From NCBI GenBank assembly GCA_046726355.1, contig JBKPAI010000070.1:22637-86636 (forward strand): a DNA stretch of 64,000 nucleotides. The letters are read 5' to 3'. A program made the position numbers and the translations under genes. The notes beneath the pieces were generated by a model. The model worked only from the letters and a program-made list of their open reading frames with translations, ran no database searches and was not told where the DNA came from. The first letter of the stretch is position 1. Every line of letters begins with the position of its first letter. This document shows positions 55,454 to 64,000 of the stretch, piece by piece. The stretch comes from Acidobacteriota bacterium. Lineage in GTDB: Bacteria; Acidobacteriota; Vicinamibacteria; Vicinamibacterales; CAVVIG01.

Positions 55454-55926
55454 CGTCCGCGAGCGCGGGAGAGCGGAGCTTCAGGGGGGTGCAGCGCGCC
55501 CGGCAACCTCGTCGCCGCTTCTTTTTCTCGAGACGCTCCCGCGGCTGCCAGCACGCGCCGGTCCTCTTCGGCAGCCCGGACCGGCCGACCGCTCTCCTGC
55601 AACGCGATGCCGAGGTTGAGCCGCGCCTCGACCAGATCGGGTGCCGACGCCAGCGCCCGCTCGAGCCAGGCCACCGCTTCGCCCGGCCGCCGCGTCTCAA
55701 CGAGCAGCACGCCAAGTCCGTTTGCCGCGTTCGCCGTCAGCGGCGAGATGTCCAGCGCCTCGCGGTAGGCTTTTTCGGCAGCCGCGCGATCGCCGAGCGC
55801 GCGGCGCGCATTGCCGAGATTTGCCAGGTGGGACGCGTTATTCGGATTGCTCACAGCCGCCCGCTCGAATTCGGCCGCAGCGTCCTCGAGTCGTCCGCCA
55901 TCGATCGCAAGGTCAAGTGGCGTCAT
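55450..55926 (-). CDS. TPR repeat protein
   Basis: 158 aa with three or four TPR-like units (ASHLANLGNARRALGDRAAAEKAYREAL.., ANGLGVLLVETRRPGEAVAWLERAL.., ARLNLGIALQESGR). It has ATGA overlaps at both ends. Confidence 0.65.
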   Translation of the reverse strand: MTPLDLAIDGGRLEDAAAEFERAAVSNPNNASHLANLGNARRALGDRAAAEKAYREALDISPLTANAANGLGVLLVETRRPGEAVAWLERALASAPDLVEARLNLGIALQESGRPVRAAEEDRRVLAAAGASREKEAATRLPGALHPPEAPLSRARGR

Positions 55927-57317
55927 CTGGCGAGCGTGTTCTGCAGCGCGTCGAAGAGCACCTGCGACGCTTCACTGATGCTGGCAAGCGGCACGTGCTC
56001 GGCATCGCCGTGCATGGAGGCGGCGGTCTCGGCCGGGATGATCGCCGGGAAGATCCCGTAGCTCCTGGCGCCTTTCGGCCGGAACGCATTGGCGTCGGTG
56101 CCGTAAGGAATCAGTATCGGCGTGACGATCGCATCCGGATGGCGCCGTGTGATCGCCGCTTCGAGTTGACGATAGAGCGGCGTGTCCTGAGGCGTCAGGA
56201 CCGGGTCGTCCGATTCGTTGACGACTTCGATCGTCAGTGCCGGGTCCCCCAACCGCCGCCTCACTTCCGCTATCCATTGATCCTTGGTGGTTCCGGGCAG
56301 CACGCGGCAGTCGAGGCCGGCTTCGGCGACCGATGGAATGACATTGATCTTCGGCGGATCGCCGACACCCGATTTCAGCCAGGTGAGGGAGATGGTGGAC
56401 TGCTGGATGGCGTTGGTGAACTTGTTCGCTGCCAGGGGACCCACTCTCGCCTTCATCACCTCCACGATAGTCTGAGAACGACCCGACGGGGACGAAAGCG
56501 GACGGGCGTCCAGCAGCCTCGCGATCGCCCGGATCAGGCGATCGTTCGGGTTCTGATCGTGCGGCTGACTGCCGTGGCCGGCCACGCCCTGGGCGCGGAC
56601 TTTCAGCCAGACGATTTTCTTTTCGGCCACGGCAATGCCGTAGACCAGCTTGCCGGCGGCAAACAGGTCGCGGCTGCCGAAGCCGCCCTCGTCGATCACA
56701 TACTCGGGATCGAGCTCGTCGTAATGATTCGCGATCATCCAGCGGGCGCCGAGCGCACCGCCGACCTCCTCGTCGGGTTCAGCGAGCAGAATCACGTCGC
56801 GGGCGAGCGGCACGCGTTCCCGCTTCAACCGCAGGAATGCGAGGATCTGCGCGACAGCCTGTCCTTTCATGTCGAACGACCCGCGCCCCCACATGTTGCC
56901 GTTCTGCACCACGCCGGCGAAGGGGTCGACTTGCCACTGGCTGCGGTCGGCGGGCACCACGTCCATGTGATTGAGCAGGAGCAGCGCCTTACCGGCGCGC
57001 GGCGAGACGGTGGCTGCCAGGCGCGCATAGACAATGGCCTTGCCAGGTGCCGACTCGTAGCGCGTCACCGGGATGCCTTCGCGCTGGAGGATGCCGGCGA
57101 GGAAGTCGGCCGCTTTCCCCGTGTCGCCGGGCGGGTTTGACGTATCGATGCGGACGTACTCCTGCAGCAGCCGCGCGGCTTCGTCCGGCGGCTGCGCAAT
57201 GGTCGAATGGCCTGTCGTCACGAGCAGGAGCCCGATGACCGCCGCCGCCATCATCGGGCTGAGGCTCGGCCCGCCGCGCGGAGCATCATCTCTCATCGAC
57301 GGCTGAATACTGCTCAT
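55923..57317 (-). CDS. secreted M20/M25/M40 family metallopeptidase
   Basis: Met 97 of ORF 55923..57605. Hydrophobic leader MMAAAVIGLLLVTTGHSTIAQ. Motifs LLLNHMDVVPAD, GRGSFDMKGQ and LLAEPDEEVGG are present. An alternative start is the MMAAAV Met. Confidence 0.85.
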   Translation of the reverse strand: MSSIQPSMRDDAPRGGPSLSPMMAAAVIGLLLVTTGHSTIAQPPDEAARLLQEYVRIDTSNPPGDTGKAADFLAGILQREGIPVTRYESAPGKAIVYARLAATVSPRAGKALLLLNHMDVVPADRSQWQVDPFAGVVQNGNMWGRGSFDMKGQAVAQILAFLRLKRERVPLARDVILLAEPDEEVGGALGARWMIANHYDELDPEYVIDEGGFGSRDLFAAGKLVYGIAVAEKKIVWLKVRAQGVAGHGSQPHDQNPNDRLIRAIARLLDARPLSSPSGRSQTIVEVMKARVGPLAANKFTNAIQQSTISLTWLKSGVGDPPKINVIPSVAEAGLDCRVLPGTTKDQWIAEVRRRLGDPALTIEVVNESDDPVLTPQDTPLYRQLEAAITRRHPDAIVTPILIPYGTDANAFRPKGARSYGIFPAIIPAETAASMHGDAEHVPLASISEASQVLFDALQNTLAR

Positions 57318-57802
57318 ATCGACTCGAATGCTCCAGTCTCGCGGTTCTTCCGCACCCGATCCCACGCAAAGCAGCGCCCGTTCATGGCCAGGTACACGCC
57401 CGGCGGCAGCACCTGGACGAACGACAGCGCACTTCCGAGATTGAACAGGCCGTCGGAGCTGCCGAAGGCATACGGCACCATCGCGCCGGTGAGAACGATC
57501 GTCTTGGCCGCCAGCCGGTCTTCTCCCGCCAGGGCGCGCGCCGTCTCGACCATCGTATCGGTGCCGTGGGTGACGAGGATCCGCATCTCGGCTGCCTGCC
57601 GGCACTGCCCGACGATAATGGCGCGATCGGCGTCTGACATGTCCAGGCTGTCGATCATCATCAATGTCCTGATCGAGACGTCCACTCGACAGCGGCCGAG
57701 CCGAAGCATCTCCGGCAGATGGGTATCTGTGAAAGCCAGTGTGCCGGTCAGCTCGTTGTACTCCTTGTCGAACGTGCCGCCGGTCACGAAGATCCGTACC
57801 AC
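57314..57802 (-). CDS. short asparaginase-domain protein (N-terminal catalytic domain only)
   Basis: 162 aa. It has MVRIFVTGGTFDKEY (TGGT nucleophile motif) and ILVTHGTDTMVETA (HGTDT motif). There is no C-terminal asparaginase domain. Its stop overlaps the M20 start (ATGA). Confidence 0.7.
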   Translation of the reverse strand: MVRIFVTGGTFDKEYNELTGTLAFTDTHLPEMLRLGRCRVDVSIRTLMMIDSLDMSDADRAIIVGQCRQAAEMRILVTHGTDTMVETARALAGEDRLAAKTIVLTGAMVPYAFGSSDGLFNLGSALSFVQVLPPGVYLAMNGRCFAWDRVRKNRETGAFESI

Positions 57803-57828
57803 GAGCCCACTATAATATTCGCGCTCTC

Positions 57829-59010
57829 ATGCGTGGCACGGTGAACGCTCGATCGCGGATGGACTCCATCCAGGCGCCGATCGTCCAGGTCATCGGCGAC
57901 CTGATCCGTCAGGTGCCGGGCACGATTTCGCTCGGGCAGGGCGTCGTGCACTTCGGTCCGCCGCCAGTGGCAATCGAGATGGTGCGGCACGGGCTGTCGA
58001 ACCGCGAGACGCACGAATACCAGGACGGCTTCGGAAACCGCGCCCTCATCGGGGTGATCGAAGACAAGCTCGCTCGCGAGAACGGCATCGACGTCGCGCG
58101 GGGCAGCCGCGTGATGGTCACGGCGGGCGGCAATATGGCATTCGTCCACGCCGTCATGGCCATGACCGAGCCGGGCGATGAAATCATCCTGCCGGTGCCG
58201 TTCTATTTCAATCACGAGATGGCGATTCAGATGGCGGGCTGCGTCGCGGTCCCGGTGCCGACCGACAGCCGCTATCAGCTCGATCTCGAGGCGATCCGGC
58301 GCGCGCTCACTCCGCGCACGCGCGCCATCGTCACCGTGTCGCCGAACAACCCGACCGGCGCCGTCTACCCGGAGGCGGCGCTCCGAGCGGTCAATCAGCT
58401 CTGTGCCGATCGCGGGCTCTTTCACATCAGCGACGAGGTGTACGAGTATTTCACGTACGGCACGGCCCGGCATGTGTCCCCGGCGTCATTTGCCGGCGCC
58501 GACGCGCACACGGTGTCGTTGTATTCGCTGTCGAAGGCCTACGGCGTTGCCGGATGGCGGCTGGGATACATGGTGTTCCCGCAGCGCCTGACGGAAGCCA
58601 TCGCGAAGGTGCAGGACACGGTGCTCGTCTGTCCGCCCGTGATCTCGCAGGTCATGGCTCTCGCCGCTCTGGAAGTGGGCCGGGGCTATTGCGGCCGTCA
58701 TCTTCGCGGCCTTGCGGAGGTCCGCGATGTGGTGACCGGCGCGCTGCGCTCGCTTGAACCGCAGTGTACTGTGCCGCTCGTGGATGGTGCGTTCTACTGC
58801 TTCGTCCGGGTGAATGCCGCGGTCGATCCGATGCACGTGGCCGAACGCCTGATCCGCGAGCACCGGGTTGCCGTCATACCGGGACCGGCATTTGGTGCCG
58901 CTGAAGGCTGTTATTTCCGCGTCGCGTTCGGAGCACTCGAGAAGGATGCCGTCGCCGAGGGGATCGGCCGGCTGGTCAGCGGTCTTCGCGAAATCCTCGA
59001 TTCCGTGTAG
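57829..59010 (+). CDS. pyridoxal-phosphate-dependent aminotransferase, class I/II
   Basis: Met 31 of ORF 57739..59010 (alternative Met 41 at 57859). Motifs are VTAGGNMAF, TVSPNNPTGAVY and the lysine motif YSLSKAYGVAGWRLGY. Confidence 0.85.
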   Translation: MRGTVNARSRMDSIQAPIVQVIGDLIRQVPGTISLGQGVVHFGPPPVAIEMVRHGLSNRETHEYQDGFGNRALIGVIEDKLARENGIDVARGSRVMVTAGGNMAFVHAVMAMTEPGDEIILPVPFYFNHEMAIQMAGCVAVPVPTDSRYQLDLEAIRRALTPRTRAIVTVSPNNPTGAVYPEAALRAVNQLCADRGLFHISDEVYEYFTYGTARHVSPASFAGADAHTVSLYSLSKAYGVAGWRLGYMVFPQRLTEAIAKVQDTVLVCPPVISQVMALAALEVGRGYCGRHLRGLAEVRDVVTGALRSLEPQCTVPLVDGAFYCFVRVNAAVDPMHVAERLIREHRVAVIPGPAFGAAEGCYFRVAFGALEKDAVAEGIGRLVSGLREILDSV

Positions 59011-59011
59011 T

Positions 59012-59095
59012 GCGGACCTTCAGGTCCGCGTGCACGGCAGGCCTGGCCACCTCCGCCAAGGCGACGGTGGTCCGCCGTAGCTTCAGCGAAGGCGG
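59012..59095 (+). repeat. CCTTCAGG hairpin followed by REP-like family 2 copy
   Basis: The hairpin gcggaccttcaggtccgc (59012-59029) starts 2 nt after the aminotransferase stop. It is followed by ggccacctccgccaaggcgacggtggtccgccgtagcttcagcgaaggcgg (59045-59095). Confidence 0.8.
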
Positions 59096-59134
59096 AAGGC
59101 CTGCACGACAACGATATGTTGGGAGGTTCGGGCG

Positions 59135-59449
59135 ATGGCGTCGGTCTTGTGGTTGATCGTGGCGCTCCTCGCCGTGCTGGTGGCGTTGCGGATGGCCGGC
59201 GGCCTTGCGGGTCTCCTCAGCACGCTGCTCATCGGAGGCATTGCCGGCTGGCTGGCCGGACACTACCTGCGCGGCCGCGGATTCGGAATCGTCAGGAACG
59301 TGCTCATCGGCATCGTCGGCGCCGTGGTTGGCGGAATCCTGTTCCGTCTGCTCGGGCTGTATTCGGTCGGATTCATCGGATCGCTGGTCACGGCAACAGT
59401 GGGTGCGATTGTGCTGTTGTCGGTTGTTCGATGGCTGCAGACGTCGTGA
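59135..59449 (+). CDS. GlsB/YeaQ/YmgE family (transglycosylase-associated) small membrane protein
   Basis: 104 aa with three or four TM helices and Gly-zipper sequence (IGGIAGWLAGHYLRGRGFGIVRNVLIGIVGAVVGGILF). The RBS GGGAGG lies upstream. Confidence 0.8.
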   Translation: MASVLWLIVALLAVLVALRMAGGLAGLLSTLLIGGIAGWLAGHYLRGRGFGIVRNVLIGIVGAVVGGILFRLLGLYSVGFIGSLVTATVGAIVLLSVVRWLQTS

Positions 59450-59501
59450 CGGCCGGACACTACCTGAGAATGAGAATGTTGACACCCATCGCGAGGCGAT
59501 C

Positions 59502-62500
59502 ATGATCAAGCGCCAGGCCAATCGCGCCGCCGTCGTCGTTGCGGTCGGCGTCATGTCGTGCTTCGTGCCGCGCTCCACATGCGCGCAGACAGTCGGTGCC
59601 AGCCTTCAAGGTATCGTGACCGATTCGAGCGGCGCCGCCATTCCGAACGCCGACGTCGTCGTCATCAGCACCGCCACCGGCGGCGTGTGGGACCTCAAGA
59701 CCGATTCGACCGGACACTATCGCGTTCCCGTCCTGCAGCCGGGCGTCTACGAGATTCACGTCTCGCAGACAGGTTTTCAGCCGGTGGTCAGGCGCGATGT
59801 GGAGCTGGCTGTCGGCCAGAACGCGGTCATCGACGTCAAGCTCGAGCTCGGTCGCATTTCCGAAGAGATGACGGTCACGGGCGCGTCGCCAGTGGTCAAC
59901 ACCACGTCCGGCGCGGTCAGCGGGCTGGTCAGCGACAAAGAGATTCGTGAGCTGCCGCTCAACGGCCGATCGTTCCAGCAGCTCGCGCTGCTGCAGACGG
60001 GCGTCACGCCGGCGCTGGCCGCCGGCAACGACGTCGTCGGCGGCCGTACGCCGAAAATCTCGATCAACGGTGCACGGCCCGAGCAGAACAGCTTTCTGCT
60101 CGACGGAACCGACATCAATAACGTCTACAACAAAACGCCCGGATCGTCCGCCGGCGTGCTGCTCGGCGTCGAAGCCGTGCTCGAGTTCCAGGTCCTCACG
60201 AACGCGTACTCGGCCGAGTTCGGCCGATCGGCCGGCGGCGTAGTCAATGCGGTCACCCGGTCGGGAAGCAATGCCGTCCACGGATCCGCATTCGAGTTCT
60301 ACCGGAACTCGGCGCTCGACGCGAAGAACTACTTCGACCCGCAGGACAAGCCGATTCCCGATTTCTATCGCCATCAGTTCGGCGGCGTCTTCGGCGGCCC
60401 GATCACGAAGGACAGGACGTTCTACTTCGTGGCATTCGAGTCGCTCATCGAGCGCCTCGGCGTGACCGGTGTCACTGCCGTTCCCGACGACGATGCGCGG
60501 CGCGGCGTTCTGCCGGGGCGGACGGTCACGCTGCATCCGGCCATTCCCGCGTACCTCGAGACGCTCTTTCCCCGCGCGAACGGGCGCTCGCTCGGCGGCG
60601 GTGCGGCCGAATACCTCTTCACCGAGACGCAGCCCACCGACGAATATTTCGGGCAGCTGCGGATCGACCATCGCTTCAAAGGCGGCGACAGCGTGTTTGG
60701 ACGATATACGTTCGACGACGGCCGCGTCGACCGGGTGCCGGCCAGCAAGCCGCCAGTGTCGATCACAAAAGAACACTCACGCAATCAGTACCTGACCGTC
60801 GAGCACCAGCACCTCTTCTCGCCGGCGCTGTTGAACACGCTCAAAGGCGGAATCAACCGATCGGTGTCACTGGCCGACAACCTGCGGACCATCGACATCC
60901 CCTCTTCGCTGTCGTGGCTGCCCGGCGAGAAGTTCGGCTACATGACGATTACCGGCCTCGTCACGGAAATGGCCGGCGACTTCAGGCTGCCGCGCAACGA
61001 CTACCTGACCAACTGGCAGCTCGGCGACACCCTGTTCTGGACGCGCGGTGCTCACGCGGCGAAGTTCGGCTTCCAGAGCCAGCTGCTGCAGTTCCATCAG
61101 AACACCACGAGTCAGCAGGGCGGGATCGTGACCTTTCCGAACCTCGCGGCGTTTCTCCAGGGTCAACCGAGCAACGTCGACTTTGCTGTTCCCGGCCTGA
61201 TCGATCCGATTCGCGACTACAAACAGTGGCTGTTCGGATTTTTCGCGCAGGACGATGTCCGGGTCCGCGCGAACCTGTCGCTGAATCTGGGACTGCGGTA
61301 CGAATTCATCACCACGCCGACCGAGGTCAATGGGAAGCTCTCGAACCTGCGGTCGGTGACCGATTCGACGCTGACGATCGGCGATCCGTGGCACTCGAAT
61401 CCTTCGCTGAAGAACTTCGCGCCGCGTCTCGGCGCTGCCTGGGATCCGTCGGGGAAGGGAACCACGTCGGTGCGCGCCGGGTTCGGGCTGTTCTATGACG
61501 AGATCCTCCCGAAGTACTACTTCTTCTCGGGAAGTCTGAATCCGCCGTTCACGACGCGGACCACGATTGCCAACCCGCCGTTCCCGAACGTCATGGCGAA
61601 CTTCAATCCCAACGCGCCAATCCGGGCGCAGCTGCAGACGATCAACTTCGACCTGCAGAGTCCGTTCATCACCCAGTACAACATCGGGGTGCAGCGGGCG
61701 CTCGTGGCCGATTGGGACGTGTTCGCCGGCTACGTCGGATCGCGCGGGCGCAACCTGATGAGGCTGGGCGACGCGAACCTCGCGCCTGAGACGATCGTGA
61801 ACGGCGTGAAGACGTATCAGCCCGCGCTCGGCCGCCGCAATCCGAATTTCGGGCCAGTCTTCCAGCGCGTCACAGACGCGCGCTCGTTCTACGATTCCTT
61901 GCAGCTGAGCGTGATGAAGCGCTACTCGAAGGGGCTGCGCGCGCAGGTGTCGTACACGCTCGCGAAATCGACGGACGACTCCAGCGGGATCAATTCGCAG
62001 GACTTCGACAACGTCGTCCAGTACGGCCTGGATTGGTACGATCCCGTGTACGATCGCGGGCCCTCCGCCTTTCAGGCCCGCCACAACCTCACGTTCAACT
62101 GGAGCTGGGACATTCCTGCAGGAGCGTCGCTGAACGGCATCGCGGCGGGTGTGCTCAAGGGATGGCAACTGAATAACGTGACGACCGTGCAGAGCGGCCA
62201 GCCGTTCACCGTGCGGCTCGGGTTCAATCGATCCGGCAACCTGAATACCACCGGTTTCTCGATGAACGAGCGGCCCGATCTCAAGGCCGGTTATTCGAGC
62301 AATCCTGTACTCGGCGGTCCGGATCGGTACTGGGACATCAACGCGTTCGCGCTCCCGGCGCCGAACACGCGCGGGAATCTCGGGCGGAATACCCTGGTCG
62401 GCCCCTGGCTCTTCAACGCCGACGTGTCGCTGGTCAAGACGTTCGCGCTCCGCCCGCAGCAGTCGGTGCAGGTGCGCCTCGAAGCATTCAACATCCTGAA

Positions 62501-62639
62501 CCGGCCGAACTTCGCCGTTCCCTCCGGACGGATTGTTTTCACCAACGCCGCCGGCGACGTGGCACCGAACTGGGGCCGGATCACGTCGACGGTGACGACG
62601 TCGCGGCAGGTCCAGATCGGGGCGAAGTACCTGTTCTGA
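59502..62639 (+). CDS. TonB-dependent receptor with carboxypeptidase-regulatory-like N-terminal domain
   Basis: Met 100 of ORF 59205..62639. Signal MIKRQANRAAVVVAVGVMSCFVPRSTCAQ. KTDSTGHYRVPVLQPGVYEIHVSQTGF and YSAEFGRSAGGVVNAVTRSGSN are present. It ends RQVQIGAKYLF. Confidence 0.85.
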   Translation: MIKRQANRAAVVVAVGVMSCFVPRSTCAQTVGASLQGIVTDSSGAAIPNADVVVISTATGGVWDLKTDSTGHYRVPVLQPGVYEIHVSQTGFQPVVRRDVELAVGQNAVIDVKLELGRISEEMTVTGASPVVNTTSGAVSGLVSDKEIRELPLNGRSFQQLALLQTGVTPALAAGNDVVGGRTPKISINGARPEQNSFLLDGTDINNVYNKTPGSSAGVLLGVEAVLEFQVLTNAYSAEFGRSAGGVVNAVTRSGSNAVHGSAFEFYRNSALDAKNYFDPQDKPIPDFYRHQFGGVFGGPITKDRTFYFVAFESLIERLGVTGVTAVPDDDARRGVLPGRTVTLHPAIPAYLETLFPRANGRSLGGGAAEYLFTETQPTDEYFGQLRIDHRFKGGDSVFGRYTFDDGRVDRVPASKPPVSITKEHSRNQYLTVEHQHLFSPALLNTLKGGINRSVSLADNLRTIDIPSSLSWLPGEKFGYMTITGLVTEMAGDFRLPRNDYLTNWQLGDTLFWTRGAHAAKFGFQSQLLQFHQNTTSQQGGIVTFPNLAAFLQGQPSNVDFAVPGLIDPIRDYKQWLFGFFAQDDVRVRANLSLNLGLRYEFITTPTEVNGKLSNLRSVTDSTLTIGDPWHSNPSLKNFAPRLGAAWDPSGKGTTSVRAGFGLFYDEILPKYYFFSGSLNPPFTTRTTIANPPFPNVMANFNPNAPIRAQLQTINFDLQSPFITQYNIGVQRALVADWDVFAGYVGSRGRNLMRLGDANLAPETIVNGVKTYQPALGRRNPNFGPVFQRVTDARSFYDSLQLSVMKRYSKGLRAQVSYTLAKSTDDSSGINSQDFDNVVQYGLDWYDPVYDRGPSAFQARHNLTFNWSWDIPAGASLNGIAAGVLKGWQLNNVTTVQSGQPFTVRLGFNRSGNLNTTGFSMNERPDLKAGYSSNPVLGGPDRYWDINAFALPAPNTRGNLGRNTLVGPWLFNADVSLVKTFALRPQQSVQVRLEAFNILNRPNFAVPSGRIVFTNAAGDVAPNWGRITSTVTTSRQVQIGAKYLF

Positions 62640-62681
62640 TGTGAGGATTCAAGAGCGCAACCTCGCCGCCGCCGGCATCGT

Positions 62682-62803
62682 GTAGCGCACGCCTTCAGGA
62701 CTGCCTCAGCGTGGTGAAAAAATCGGCAGGCGGCCCTCTGGGGCGCACGCCTTCAGGCCTGCATCACGGCCGCCGGGGCAGCGCCGAAGGGCTGCGTTAC
62801 AGG
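62682..62803. repeat. REP/MITE-like family 1 copy with an extra half-unit
   Basis: gtagcgcacgccttcaggactgc ... gaaaaaatcggcaggcggccctctggggcgcacgccttcaggcctgcatcacggccgccggggcagcgccgaagggctgcgttacagg. It is collinear with 30729-30812. Confidence 0.75.
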
Positions 62804-62847
62804 TGACATAAGGGCAGCGGGGCAGATTTTCCTGACAACATAAACAA

Positions 62848-63567
62848 ATGCTCCCCGTTTCCGACGCCCCTGTCTTCGACGCGCGGGCGGTGACGAAGGT
62901 CTATGACATGGGCGAGGTCAGCGTGCAGGCGCTGCGGGGGGTCGACTTCACGCTCTTTCCGGGTGAATTCGTCGTGCTGCTCGGGCCCTCGGGCTCGGGC
63001 AAGTCGACGCTGCTGAACATCCTGGGCGGCCTCGACGTGCCGACCTCTGGTGCGGTTGTCTATAAGGATCACGACCTGACATCGGCCACCGAAGCGGAGC
63101 TCACCGAATACCGGCGCACGCACGTCGGTTTCGTCTTCCAGTTCTACAACCTGATTCCGAGTCTGACCGCACGGGAGAACGTCGCGCTGGTCACCGACAT
63201 CGTCGAGCGTCCGATGACTGCCGAGGAAGCGCTGGCGATGGTGGGACTCGAGCACCGCCTCGACCATTTTCCGGCGCAGCTCTCGGGCGGCGAACAGCAG
63301 CGCGTCGCCATCGCGCGTGCGATTGCGAAACGGCCCGACGTCCTGCTGTGCGACGAGCCGACCGGGGCGCTGGACATCACAACCGGCGTGGTGGTGCTGG
63401 AGGCACTCCAGCGGGTCAACCGCGAGCTCGGCACGTCGACCGTGGTGATCACCCACAACGCGGCAATCGCGCACCTGGCGGACCGGGTGGTGCGGCTGGC
63501 TGACGGGCAGATTGCCGGGATCGAGCGCAACGCGGCCAAGCGCAGCGCCAGGGAACTGCAATGGTGA
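62848..63567 (+). CDS. ABC transporter ATP-binding protein (MacB/LolD-like)
   Basis: Walker [14 protein letters not shown]-loop, signature [14 protein letters not shown] and Walker [13 protein letters not shown]. Confidence 0.9.
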   Translation: MLPVSDAPVFDARAVTKVYDMGEVSVQALRGVDFTLFPGEFVVLLGPSGSGKSTLLNILGGLDVPTSGAVVYKDHDLTSATEAELTEYRRTHVGFVFQFYNLIPSLTARENVALVTDIVERPMTAEEALAMVGLEHRLDHFPAQLSGGEQQRVAIARAIAKRPDVLLCDEPTGALDITTGVVVLEALQRVNRELGTSTVVITHNAAIAHLADRVVRLADGQIAGIERNAAKRSARELQW

Positions 63568-64000
63568 CGCTGCCGCGAACGCTCCGCGCCCTGGATCGAA
63601 AGCTGCTGCGCGATCTGTGGGAGATGAAAGGGCAGTCGCTCGCCATCGCCTCGGTCGTTGCCGCGGGCGTGACGATGTTCGTCATGTATCTTTCGAACTT
63701 CGACTCGTTGCAGCGCACGCGCGCGTCCTACTACGCGCTCGCGCGCTTCGGCGACGCCTTCGCGCTGATGAAGCGCGCGCCGGCCAGCCTCGAGGCGCGC
63801 ATCGCCGCGATTCCGGGCGTCGAGGTGGTCGCGACGCGCGTCGTCGCCGACGTGACGCTCGACGTTCCGGGGATGGCCGAACCGGCGGCCGGCCGGCTGA
63901 TCTCCGTCCCCGACGAGGGACGGCCGCGGTTGAACGACGTCTCCCTGCGCCGCGGGCGCTGGCCGGAGACGACGCGCGCAGACGAAGTCCTCGCCAGCGA
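63561..64000 (+). CDS. FtsX-family ABC transporter permease, N-terminal part (runs off the right window edge)
   Basis: The ATG at 63561 overlaps the ATPase stop (ATGGTGA). My translation is [50 protein letters not shown]..., which reads as TM1 followed by a periplasmic domain. Confidence 0.75.
   Translation, partial: MVTLPRTLRALDRKLLRDLWEMKGQSLAIASVVAAGVTMFVMYLSNFDSLQRTRASYYALARFGDAFALMKRAPASLEARIAAIPGVEVVATRVVADVTLDVPGMAEPAAGRLISVPDEGRPRLNDVSLRRGRWPETTRADEVLAS

Noticed and set aside
55641-57140. 499-aa plus-strand ORF antisense to the M20 peptidase and TPR genes
   Set aside because: It is a shadow ORF with no motifs. The minus strand carries the HMDVVP/DMKG/DEE metallopeptidase motifs.
59460-62168. 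Minus-strand ORFs 59460..60776 and 60867..62168, antisense to the last TonB receptor
   Set aside because: They are shadow ORFs in a high-G+C gene, and the receptor motifs are on the plus strand.
1-64000. Mobile genetic element, prophage, integron, toxin-antitoxin or defence-island signatures, and tRNA/rRNA genes
   Set aside because: No translation in any frame showed transposase, integrase, recombinase, phage structural, reverse transcriptase, nuclease-helicase defence or small TA-pair features. I saw no cloverleaf-like tRNA or rRNA-like sequence. Absence is judged by eye only.

Overview
This is a high-G+C chromosomal segment with about 40 protein-coding genes, tightly packed on both strands. 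I found no rRNA, tRNA, CRISPR array, transposase, integrase or phage genes by eye.

Gene content points to Acidobacteriota. This is an inference from family recognition, since no search was run. The evidence is:
- three ADOP-type duplicated orphan FtsX/MacB-like permeases;
- four intact and one truncated TonB-dependent receptor with carboxypeptidase-regulatory-like N-termini;
- a PSCyt/DUF1549/DUF1553 + DUF1501 pair next to a DUF1080 protein;
- a periplasmic PQQ dehydrogenase with an embedded cytochrome c domain, plus a lactonase;
- Tat-exported Gfo/Idh/MocA, a MetE-like protein, a fused E1 alpha-beta dehydrogenase, glnS, DinB, VOC, cupin and GNAT proteins, and a terminal ABC ATPase + FtsX permease pair.

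I do not see a recognisable defence, toxin-antitoxin or mobile-element system. The signal not explained by genes is non-coding. Nearly every gene boundary carries short tandem-repeat arrays, mostly of 9-nt period, often arranged as an arm plus its complement. They fall into several sequence families, and clearly homologous copies are dispersed across the window. One copy lies in-frame inside a CDS. Two REP/MITE-like dispersed elements are also present.

Other items worth a second look:
- a four-gene operon joined by three consecutive ATGA overlaps (short asparaginase-like, M20 peptidase, TPR, sulfatase-like-TPR);
- a small Cys/His-motif ORF in front of a receptor with a His/Asp-rich loop;
- a gene-decay zone (truncated amidohydrolase, deletion-fused and frameshifted ABC-2 transporter);
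- a 5'-truncated TonB receptor whose breakpoint sits in repeat arrays;
- an Omp85-like barrel with a LolA-like domain instead of obvious POTRA repeats.

All family calls come from motif-level reading of the translations. Start codons are often uncertain, and nothing here was checked against a database.
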